Shown: positions 8,546-15,561 of the stretch, one piece after another | Layout of the letters: each line of letters begins with the position of its first letter | How positions within the stretch are numbered: the stretch's first letter is position 1 | Assembly (NCBI RefSeq): GCF_000146505.1 | Contig: NC_017448.1 | Coordinates: 330,001 to 362,000, forward strand | Source of the DNA: Fibrobacter succinogenes subsp. succinogenes S85 | GTDB lineage: Bacteria; Fibrobacterota; Fibrobacteria; Fibrobacterales; Fibrobacteraceae | Length of the DNA: 32,000 nt | Reading direction: 5' to 3' | Notes under the pieces: model-generated | What the model was told of the DNA's origin: nothing | The model's input: the letters and a program-made list of their open reading frames with translations, nothing else | The model's database searches: none | Program-made: the position numbers and the translations under genes

Positions 8546-10122
8546 TAAGCATTCTCCCCCATCGTGTAATATTCCACGATTTTTTTGACGAGCGAATCCA
8601 TCGTTGTTTCGTCGGAGGTGACAGTTTCAAAGCCATGCTTTTTCGCGGAGGCTTCAGTCATGCGACCTATGCAGAAACTTAGACGAGAGACGAAAGACGA
8701 GAGACTTGATATTTGCGCAAAATTCTCAACAGCGCTAGAACTGGCGAAGACGACTGCATCAGCAGAGGCAATAGCTTCACGTTTCCAATCCGGGAGTTCA
8801 GCAATCGGCAGTGTTTCGTAAACGATCCAACGTGTTGCTTTCGGTAAGAGTTTGAGCAAAGTATCGTCTGCAAGATTGCCTTGCAAAAGAAGAATACGAG
8901 ATTCGTCGTCAACCACTTCGCGCAACAACAAACCTAGTCCTTCGCCGGTGTGATCTTTAGGAACGTAATCGCAACGGATGCCGTATTCAAGCAACTTCTT
9001 TTCGGTAATCTTTCCGACACTTGCAATTTTCTTGCCGGCAAGCTCGCGTACGTCATACTCCGCAGTGAACAACTGCTCGAAGAAGCTTTCAACACCATTC
9101 GTGCTCGTGAAAGCAAGAATATCAAAGTCTTTAAGGTCTTCGAAATCGGCTAGATCGGCTAGTTCAGCAGTATCATATTCATAAGAATTGGCGATGCAGG
9201 AAGGGAGTTCGGCATGACAATAAGGGAGAACATTCCGTGTCTCAATCATCGGAGTTTCGATGACTTCGGCACCGAGGGCTGTCAGTCGAGCGGTAATCCC
9301 GCTAGATTGTTTTGCGGCACGCGTTACAACCAAACGCTTACCCGAAAGCGGCAAATTCTTTTTCCACGCAAGAGTCTTGCCAAGTTCAACCACGCCACCC
9401 ATAATCGTAATTGCGGGTGCCGTCACATTTTCACGGACAATGGTCTCGCCCGCTGTTTCAAGCGTTGCCATAACGGTACGCTGGTTCGGGGTTGTACCTT
9501 TTTCAATAAATGCAAGCGGAGTCTTCGGATCTTTGCCACACTCGATTAAACGACGTGCGATAAAGTCCATATTGGCAATGCCCATCAAAAAGATGAGCGT
9601 TCCTTGGCTCTTTGCAAGATTTTCAAAGTCTAAAGAAAGCGAATCACCAGCCTCGGCTTTTTCATGCCCTGTGATGATATGGAAACTTGTTGCAATTCCA
9701 CGATGACTCACGGGAATGCCCGCATAGGCAGGCACAGCTATAGCAGACGTCACGCCCGGCACAACTTCAAATTCGACGCCTGCATCGACAAGCTCCAAAG
9801 CCTCTTCGCCACCACGACCGAACACAAACGGGTCGCCGCCCTTCAAACGAGCTACGGTCGCGCCCGGCATTTCAACGGCAAATTTTACCAGGAGTTTATT
9901 AATTTCGGACTGTTTCACCTTGTGGTGCGTCGGCATTTTGCCCACATCCACCATCTTTGCTTTCGGATTACATAACGAGAGCACGCCCGGTGAAACCAAA
10001 CGATCGTAAACCACAACATCGGCTTTTTCAAGAATTGACTTTCCGCGCACGGTTAAAAGCCCAGGATCGCCAGGACCCGCGCCAATCAAATAAACTTTAC
10101 CAAAATGATTCGAATTTTCCAT
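8545..10122 (-). CDS. cobA-hemD: uroporphyrinogen-III C-methyltransferase (SUMT) fused to uroporphyrinogen-III synthase
   Basis: The N-terminal SUMT domain has VYLIGAGPGDPGLLTVRG, GGDPFVFGRGGEE and VPGVTSAIA. The C-terminal ~250 aa is HemD-like. I place the start at ATG 10122 (MENSNHFGKVYL). The track's start at 10374 overlaps the divergent deaminase gene and adds non-homologous sequence. Confidence 0.9.
   Translation of the reverse strand: MENSNHFGKVYLIGAGPGDPGLLTVRGKSILEKADVVVYDRLVSPGVLSLCNPKAKMVDVGKMPTHHKVKQSEINKLLVKFAVEMPGATVARLKGGDPFVFGRGGEEALELVDAGVEFEVVPGVTSAIAVPAYAGIPVSHRGIATSFHIITGHEKAEAGDSLSLDFENLAKSQGTLIFLMGIANMDFIARRLIECGKDPKTPLAFIEKGTTPNQRTVMATLETAGETIVRENVTAPAITIMGGVVELGKTLAWKKNLPLSGKRLVVTRAAKQSSGITARLTALGAEVIETPMIETRNVLPYCHAELPSCIANSYEYDTAELADLADFEDLKDFDILAFTSTNGVESFFEQLFTAEYDVRELAGKKIASVGKITEKKLLEYGIRCDYVPKDHTGEGLGLLLREVVDDESRILLLQGNLADDTLLKLLPKATRWIVYETLPIAELPDWKREAIASADAVVFASSSAVENFAQISSLSSFVSRLSFCIGRMTEASAKKHGFETVTSDETTMDSLVKKIVEYYTMGENA
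8679..8705 (+). repeat. heptamer-tract element copy 2 (27 nt, in frame inside the HemD domain)
   Basis: The sequence is TTA GACGAGA GACGAAA GACGAGA GAC. It is read on the minus strand as ..SSLSSFVSRLS.. between ENFAQI and FCIGRMTEASAKKHGF. Confidence 0.75.
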
Positions 10123-10128
10123 CGAAAC

Positions 10129-10136
10129 CAAATTTA
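10129..10136 (-). promoter_or_regulatory. TAAATTTG (TAnnTTTG) box 6 nt upstream of the cobA-hemD ATG
   Basis: The minus strand reads tttcTAAATTTGgtttcgATG. There is no Shine-Dalgarno sequence between the box and the start. Confidence 0.4.
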
Positions 10137-10176
10137 GAAAAACTTCGCCATTAAAATTTTGCCTATATTTTTTAGC

Positions 10177-10734
10177 ATGAATAGTTCTAGAGCAAAGCTT
10201 CGCGACGAAGTCTATACGCAGATGATGTGTGCCCAGGCACGCCTTTCCAAAGACCAAAATACCCAAATGGGTGCCGTTCTTGTGAGCGCCGACGGGCGCG
10301 TTATCAGCACGGGTTACAACGGCGCTCCCGCTGGATTTGACGACGAGACCGTTCCGTACACGCGCGAAAAGCAACTCCTCGCCTACGATTTGCTAGATGC
10401 CGACTCGGGCGAGCTTTTAAGCCACCACGAATTCGAGGCGAACAAGTATCCGTTCATGGTTCACGCCGAGATCAACGCACTTCACTACGCCCGCGGAAAA
10501 GTTCCTCCAGGTTCCAAGCTCTACGTGATTGGATTCCCGTGCGAACGTTGCTCTTTGGACATCAGCCTTTCAGGCGTTGCCGAAGTTTTCGTGACCAAGG
10601 ACGATTACGATCCGAAGTCCACGTTGAACAACAACCGCGACACGGCTTACTACATGTTCGCACAAGCTGGAATCATCGTAACGCTTTGCGGCAAACGAAT
10701 CAAACCCGTTGTATCGAAGCCTGAAAAGAAATAA
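10177..10734 (+). CDS. dCMP deaminase / ComEB-type cytidine-deoxycytidylate deaminase
   Basis: It has the zinc motifs HAEINAL and PCERC and an N-terminal LSKDQNTQMGAVLV motif. I place the start at ATG 10177 (MNSSRAKL). The track ORF starts at TTG 10159. Confidence 0.85.
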   Translation: MNSSRAKLRDEVYTQMMCAQARLSKDQNTQMGAVLVSADGRVISTGYNGAPAGFDDETVPYTREKQLLAYDLLDADSGELLSHHEFEANKYPFMVHAEINALHYARGKVPPGSKLYVIGFPCERCSLDISLSGVAEVFVTKDDYDPKSTLNNNRDTAYYMFAQAGIIVTLCGKRIKPVVSKPEKK

Positions 10735-10783
10735 CGTATAGTTTGCCATGTCGCTACGCGACTCGCAATGACGAAAATGTTAG

Positions 10784-10818
10784 AGCCCGCTCATTCAAAA
10801 TGCGCGGGATATTTTTTT
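10784..10818 (+). terminator. rho-independent terminator after the dCMP deaminase gene
   Basis: AGCCCGCTCATT caa AATGCGCGGGAT pairs at 10 of 12 positions and is followed by T7 at 10812-10818. Confidence 0.55.
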
Positions 10819-10830
10819 GCGATACAAGAA

Positions 10831-10860
10831 GGCGATTCCCAAACGGAGTCGGGAATGACA
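10831..10860 (+). repeat. REP-like hairpin+AATGAC element, copy 2, in the convergent gap between deaminase and hemC
   Basis: The sequence is GGCGATTCCCaaacggagtcGGGAATGACA. A related unit, GTCGCtacGCGACtcgcAATGACG, lies at 10751-10773. Confidence 0.6.
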
Positions 10861-10867
10861 GTGTAAG

Positions 10868-11923
10868 TTACAATTGTTTTTGAATTGCACAGGCGAGTTC
10901 AATGCCCAAGTTCTTGGATTGCTGAACGCAATCCTCCGAGTTCAAATCAACGTTTCCGGCGACTTCTGCACGGAGCAGTTTTTCTGATTTTTCGTCCCAG
11001 TAAATGCCGCGAATTTTCAAAGTCTGCGCAATTCTATTAGCATTCTCTTCGAGTGCGCCACAAGTGCCGCGATTTTCAATACCATCTTCGCAAACAAATT
11101 CTGCGAAGCTTGCCACTGGAAATTGGCAGCCTGCGTTAAGCGCTTTTAAATAAGCCATTTCAGCAGAAGCAATGCAATATGTCGCGACATCATTCACGCG
11201 AGCGAGAATCTGCGCAAGGTCCGCACGACCTGTGACGCGCGATTCTTGAACAGTTGCATCATTCAACGTTTCAATTGCAAGGATTCCCTGACCACTTGCG
11301 GGGAGCATCTGTTCAGTGCTAAAGTATTCCGTCACCTGGTCAGCAAGCCCCATACGCTTAAGGCCCGCCGCCGCAAGCACAACGCCATCAAGTTCCGCAA
11401 GCTTGCCTATACGAGTCTGGATGTTTCCGCGAATCGGCACATATTCCAAATCCGGGCGGAGCGCTTTCAGCTGCACCACACGGCGAATACTTCCCGTACC
11501 GACACGAGCGCCCGCAGGCAAATCCATAAAGCGAATTCCAGCCGAACCACCACGCGAAAGGAATGCATCTCGCGGGTCTTCGCGTTTCAAGACTGCAGCA
11601 AGCTTGAACTGCGGCAGCACTTCAGCAGGCATATCCTTCAAACTGTGAATCGCTATATCGGCACGACCTTCGAGGAGCGCAATTTCCAGTTCCTTGATGA
11701 ACACGCCCTTGCCACCAAAGCTCGCCAACGACTTATCCAAACGGCGGTCGCCTTCGGTTGTCATGGAGACAAGTTCATAAGTCAGAGAATCGCGGGCATT
11801 ATTAGAATCGGCGGCATTCCCAATAACAGAATTAGCAGCGACAATAGCATCTGCCACCATCGTCGTCTGGGCCAAAGCCAAAGCGCTCTTGCGCGTTGCG
11901 ATACGTAATTTCAAGTCACTCAC
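10868..11923 (-). CDS. hemC: hydroxymethylbilane synthase (porphobilinogen deaminase)
   Basis: 351 aa with LRIATRKSALALAQT, TTEGD, SLKDMP, VGTGSIRR, IRGNIQTR and the cofactor Cys context (LNAGCQFPVA). It uses a GTG start with GGAGG upstream. Confidence 0.95.
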   Translation of the reverse strand: MSDLKLRIATRKSALALAQTTMVADAIVAANSVIGNAADSNNARDSLTYELVSMTTEGDRRLDKSLASFGGKGVFIKELEIALLEGRADIAIHSLKDMPAEVLPQFKLAAVLKREDPRDAFLSRGGSAGIRFMDLPAGARVGTGSIRRVVQLKALRPDLEYVPIRGNIQTRIGKLAELDGVVLAAAGLKRMGLADQVTEYFSTEQMLPASGQGILAIETLNDATVQESRVTGRADLAQILARVNDVATYCIASAEMAYLKALNAGCQFPVASFAEFVCEDGIENRGTCGALEENANRIAQTLKIRGIYWDEKSEKLLRAEVAGNVDLNSEDCVQQSKNLGIELACAIQKQL

Positions 11924-11935
11924 AGCAAGCCTCCT

Positions 11936-13189
11936 CTAATTTCTAGGAGATTTTGAATCCAAGCACTTCAGGAAAACCTGCACATCTTCAGGAGAATTTT
12001 CGGCTTTGACTTTATACAAAAAGTCATTTGCCATTTTCTTCGCAAAGCGTTCGTACATCATCTGGATGCGATGGCGGTCATCTTCCGAAAGCTCGGGCAT
12101 GGAGCGCAACAACTTTTCAGATTCTTCATTTGCCGTCGTGAGCATTTTCTCAGCATGCAAATGAATTTGCTTAGAGACCTCATCCATGCGGTTCCAATGC
12201 AAGAATTCATCAAGACCTTCTTTCAAGATTTTCTGAGCCGCATCAAATTCAATCATGCGCAAACGGCGATTTTCAGAAACGATTTTTTCAAGGTCATCAA
12301 CGCAAACGTATTCAACGCCCGGAAGTTCACCAATAGAAGCTTCAGCATTGCGCGGATTCGCGAGGTCAACGACAAGGCGCTTTGATGGGACATCGATGGA
12401 ATCTGCAACCTGAATAGCCTTAACAAATTCATCTTTCGTGACAATCGGTTCCTGACAAGCGCTGCAGAGAATAACGACATCGCACTTGCCAAGGACTTCG
12501 TAGCGGTCTTCGAATTTCACAGGAGTAAGCACATCCGCAAATTTTTCAGCATTTGCAAAAGTCTTGCTGCTTGCAAAAATCTTGGTCGTATTTTCTTGTA
12601 CATACTTGAGCATCAGCGATCCCATCTCGCCAAGCCCCACGATATACACAGTACGATTTTCAAGATCGTCAAAAGTCTTCTGCACTTGCTTCATCGCCAA
12701 GAACGGAATGTTGCAACTGAGCTTGCTCAAGTTCGTCTCGGTCTTGATGCGCTTCGTCGTATGAATCGCACTCTGAAAAAGCTTGTTCAGCGTATTACCC
12801 GTTGCATTCAGCTGGTGCGCCGTTTCGTACGCGCGGCCAATCTGGTGCAAAATCTGATCCTCACCCATGGCGACAGAATCAAGCCCGGCACACACGTTCA
12901 TCACATGATGCGCAACATCGTCACCCGACTTAAAATAAAAGAACTTCGCAAAATCATCGTAGTCTTGACGGGCAAGTCCACACACATAACGAACGAGTTC
13001 ACCATCAGAGATTTCGCGGTCACTCGCCACATAGACTTCCGTGCGATTGCACGTTGCCAAAATCAAAAGTTCATCAAACGGAGAATGCATCAACGCCTCG
13101 GTCTTTACATCCATCGGGATATAAAACTTTTCGCGAATCGCGATTTCAGCCACCTTGTGGCTCATGCCTGCCATGTAAATTTTGCGCAT
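11936..13189 (-). CDS. hemA: glutamyl-tRNA reductase
   Basis: 417 aa with GMSHKVAEIAIREKF, the catalytic Cys context (LATCNRTEVY), GEDQIL and the NADPH site (IVGLGEMG). Confidence 0.95.
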   Translation of the reverse strand: MRKIYMAGMSHKVAEIAIREKFYIPMDVKTEALMHSPFDELLILATCNRTEVYVASDREISDGELVRYVCGLARQDYDDFAKFFYFKSGDDVAHHVMNVCAGLDSVAMGEDQILHQIGRAYETAHQLNATGNTLNKLFQSAIHTTKRIKTETNLSKLSCNIPFLAMKQVQKTFDDLENRTVYIVGLGEMGSLMLKYVQENTTKIFASSKTFANAEKFADVLTPVKFEDRYEVLGKCDVVILCSACQEPIVTKDEFVKAIQVADSIDVPSKRLVVDLANPRNAEASIGELPGVEYVCVDDLEKIVSENRRLRMIEFDAAQKILKEGLDEFLHWNRMDEVSKQIHLHAEKMLTTANEESEKLLRSMPELSEDDRHRIQMMYERFAKKMANDFLYKVKAENSPEDVQVFLKCLDSKSPRN

Positions 13190-13193
13190 AACC

Positions 13194-13201
13194 CAAAGAT
13201 A
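13194..13201 (-). promoter_or_regulatory. TATCTTTG (TAnnTTTG) box 4 nt upstream of the hemA ATG
   Basis: The minus strand reads tttttTTTGcgtagtccaatcttttcTATCTTTGggttATG. A TTTG lies 17 nt upstream of the box, and there is no SD. Confidence 0.4.
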
Positions 13202-13213
13202 GAAAAGATTGGA

Positions 13214-13528
13214 CTACGCAAAAAATCTAAAGCTCGTTTTCTTGAGTTCCTTGAGCGAATGGAGAACGACGTATTCCGGATTATCAAGCAAAGCCACGGA
13301 TTCCTTGATATAACCGTCCAATTCTTCGGGAGTCTGAGCATGCATCATTGCATACAAGTTGTACGGAAAATTTTCAAAAGACGGACGCTCGTAACAATGC
13401 GACACGTAATGTTTTTTTGCAAGTAGAGAACCCGCTCTTTCCGAATTTGCGAGCACACTTTCGTCTTTGCACTTCGTGCCAAGACCTGTCGGCTCAGCTA
13501 TGGGGGTATGCAAGCATCCCCGCAGCAT
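13214..13528 (-). CDS. ahbB: siroheme decarboxylase AhbB-like, C-terminal half only, frame-shifted relative to the upstream half (split gene or pseudogene)
   Basis: ...VLANSERAGSLLAKKHYVSHCYERPSFENFPYNLYAMMHAQTPEE...LKELKKTSFRFF matches the C-terminal ligand-binding domain of NirD/L/G/H-AhbA/B proteins. The N-terminal HTH half lies in ORF 13498..14403 in another frame. Confidence 0.6.
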   Translation of the reverse strand: MLRGCLHTPIAEPTGLGTKCKDESVLANSERAGSLLAKKHYVSHCYERPSFENFPYNLYAMMHAQTPEELDGYIKESVALLDNPEYVVLHSLKELKKTSFRFFA

Positions 13529-14403
13529 TCGCCTCTTTCGTCTTTCGTCTTTCGTCTCTCATCTAAACTAAAGCAGACCATCGCATTGCATGGGAAACCC
13601 GCATCTTGATGACGGAGGATTGCACCAAAGCGACGCATGCGTTTGGCGGCAAGATCCTCGCGAAGTTCATCGCAAGAAACGCCCCAGTCCTTAAACGGAG
13701 TGAGCGTATGCGGAATGTCGTCACAAGCGATGTGGATTCGGGACTTGTCGGAGTCAGTGAGTTTTCCCAAGAAATTACTGGATTCTTCCAACCTTCGGTT
13801 GTCAGAAAGACGCGGGACTTGGTCCTCAGAATGACGCAAAGCCGGGGCACTCTCGCCTCTTTCGTCTTTCGTCTTTCGTCTCTCGTCTAATGACATCACC
13901 GTATTGATTTTATACTTCTTTGTGGCGGTGAGGACATGGACATCGTGCAAATCCGTTTGCGCACACACGCGGTCAACAACCGTCTGGATTGCGGATTCAT
14001 TTTCGGCAATGACCGTAAACCAAACATTGTATTCGTGACTGCGGATGTAATTATGCGTAATCGCGGGTTCGCTCATCACGACTGTAGCGAACTTTTCCAT
14101 CGGCGTTTGCGAATGCGGTTCTGCAGAAAAATCAAGCGACAAAGCAGGTACCTTCCCTGCACAAAGCCTTGAAATAAAGCCGAGTTTCTTGGAATCGTAC
14201 ACGCCACCGATACGGCGAATCACGCCGGACACGCACATTTTCTCAACTTCATCAAAAACTTCTTGTTCCGAAACATTCAACATTTCCGCAAGCGCCTTAT
14301 ACGGGCGTTCCACCAACGGAAAGCCGTCTTGAATAATCGCGAGAAGTTTTTGACTCAGCATTTGCGGCACATCGCAAGGGGCGTTACAGCCCGATTTCTT
14401 CAT
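13498..14403 (-). CDS. ahbA: siroheme decarboxylase AhbA-like domain fused by read-through to the N-terminal half of an AhbB-like domain
   Basis: Residues ~16-170 (LLAIIQDGFPLVERPYKALAEMLNVSEQEV...GVIRRIGGVYDSKKLGF...ITHNYIRSHEYNVWFTVIA...TATKKYKIN) resemble AhbA/NirD-type proteins. A repeat-encoded SLDERRKTKDERGE follows, then a second HTH-type half (LTDSDKSRIHIACDDIPHTLTPF...MRRFGAILRHQDAGFPCNAMVCF). A second SLDERRKTKDERGE and an early stop end the ORF. Confidence 0.75.
   Translation of the reverse strand: MKKSGCNAPCDVPQMLSQKLLAIIQDGFPLVERPYKALAEMLNVSEQEVFDEVEKMCVSGVIRRIGGVYDSKKLGFISRLCAGKVPALSLDFSAEPHSQTPMEKFATVVMSEPAITHNYIRSHEYNVWFTVIAENESAIQTVVDRVCAQTDLHDVHVLTATKKYKINTVMSLDERRKTKDERGESAPALRHSEDQVPRLSDNRRLEESSNFLGKLTDSDKSRIHIACDDIPHTLTPFKDWGVSCDELREDLAAKRMRRFGAILRHQDAGFPCNAMVCFSLDERRKTKDERGECCGDACIPP
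13529..13566 (-). repeat. heptamer-tract element copy 3 (inside ahbB, at the frame break)
   Basis: The minus strand reads TTA GATGAGA GACGAAA GACGAAA GACGAAA GAGGCGA. It is 37/38 identical to copy 4, which lies 324 nt away in the same orientation. Confidence 0.8.
13853..13890 (-). repeat. heptamer-tract element copy 4 (ahbA-ahbB junction)
   Basis: The minus strand reads TTA GACGAGA GACGAAA GACGAAA GACGAAA GAGGCGA. It starts directly after the AhbA-like C-terminus ...KKYKINTVMS. Confidence 0.8.
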
Positions 14404-15556
14404 CCGTCAAATAGCAAGCCGGATCTTCAGCCCAAAAATCGCCAGTAACGGCTTCGGCACGCGTACGGAAATTGCCGTTGCACAAATTCAAGAACTTGCA
14501 ATTCGGGCAGCGTCCCTTGAGAATCGGCTTACGGTTCTTGAGACCCGCCATAATCGGGTTCGATTCATCCGTCCAGATGTCGCCAAAGTTGCGTTCACGA
14601 ACGTTTCCTAGCGTGATATATTGCGTAAACTGGTCCGGATGCACATTGCCAATGCTATCGATATTGCCAAATGCCATGCCACTGCGGTTACCGCCATTGC
14701 GCTGGATCAAATCCAAAATCTTTTCGGCGCGTTCCGGGTCTTCGCGCTTCATGCGCTGGTACAGATAAACGGCATCTGCGTGGTTGTCGACCGTCAAAAT
14801 TTCCTTGTTCACGCCGCGCTTCTTAAAGTCCAAAGTGCGGTCAATAATCAAGTCCATCACCTTGCGGCTCTCTTCGTGATTCAAGTCGTTATCGACCATC
14901 GCACTTCCGCGACCGCTATAGACAAGGTGATAGAAACAAACTCTATCAATGTTTTCCGCTTCGAGCAAATCGAAAATAGCGTTCAAGTCCTGATAGTTGT
15001 ACTTCGTAATCGTGAAGCGGAGCCCAACCTTCTGGCCCGTTGCCACGCAATTGCGAATTCCGCGCAAAGCCATCTGGTACGCGCCCTGCTTGCCGCGGAA
15101 CTTGTCGTGAGTTTCTTCGCAACCATCCAAGCTGATGCCCACATAGCCAACGCCCATCGCCTTGAGCTTCTGAGCCACATCCGGAGTAATGCAGGTGCCG
15201 TTCGTCGAAATCGTCGGACGGATGCCCTTGCTTGCTGCGTAGTTCGCGAGTTCAAAAAAATCCGGGCGCAAAAGCGGTTCGCCACCGCTGAACAAAATCA
15301 CCGGCACATGGAAATCCGCAAGCTGATCAATAAGCTTGATTCCCTCTTCGTGTGAAAGTTCGTTCTGGTACTTGATGGCCTCTGAACGGGCATAGCAATG
15401 CACGCACTTCAGGTTGCAAGTCTTGGTGCAGTTCCACACCACCACCGGACCACGGCCCGGGCCCACACCGTTCTTGGATTCGTGGGCACGCGGTTCATAA
15501 CGAAGAGAATCCCCGAAATTAGGGGTGTCCATCAAAAGCTTAGTAATACTGATCAT
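14384..15556 (-). CDS. radical SAM/SPASM-type heme-pathway enzyme, AhbC/AhbD/NirJ family (N-terminus looks AhbC-like)
   Basis: 390 aa with MISITKLL...DSLRYEP...GPVVVWNCTKTCNLKCVHCY (CX3CX2C), GGEPLLRPD and a C-terminal Cys cluster (KGRCPNCKFLNLCNG...DPACY). It overlaps the ahbA start by 20 nt. Confidence 0.8.
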   Translation of the reverse strand: MISITKLLMDTPNFGDSLRYEPRAHESKNGVGPGRGPVVVWNCTKTCNLKCVHCYARSEAIKYQNELSHEEGIKLIDQLADFHVPVILFSGGEPLLRPDFFELANYAASKGIRPTISTNGTCITPDVAQKLKAMGVGYVGISLDGCEETHDKFRGKQGAYQMALRGIRNCVATGQKVGLRFTITKYNYQDLNAIFDLLEAENIDRVCFYHLVYSGRGSAMVDNDLNHEESRKVMDLIIDRTLDFKKRGVNKEILTVDNHADAVYLYQRMKREDPERAEKILDLIQRNGGNRSGMAFGNIDSIGNVHPDQFTQYITLGNVRERNFGDIWTDESNPIMAGLKNRKPILKGRCPNCKFLNLCNGNFRTRAEAVTGDFWAEDPACYLTDEEIGL

Positions 15557-15561
15557 GCGCC

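Noticed and set aside
10123-10374. 84-codon N-terminal extension of the cobA-hemD ORF in the track
   Set aside because: It overlaps the divergent dCMP deaminase gene and has no SUMT homology. The conserved domain begins right after ATG 10122 (MENSNHFGKVYLIGAGPGDPG).
13498-13528. The 31-nt overlap of the two ahb ORFs as a programmed ribosomal frameshift site
   Set aside because: No slippery heptamer of the X XXY YYZ type and no obvious downstream pseudoknot are visible. The required shift, from ORF1's frame into the frame of ORF2, is explained more simply by heptamer copy number. The idea is kept only as a minor alternative in the ahbB finding.
8148-13890. Possibility that the heptamer tracts form a CRISPR array or are a tandem-repeat sequencing artefact
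   Set aside because: The units are 7 nt with no spacers, the copies are kilobases apart and there are no cas genes. The tracts have distinct A/G patterns and distinct flanks, so they are not one misassembled repeat.
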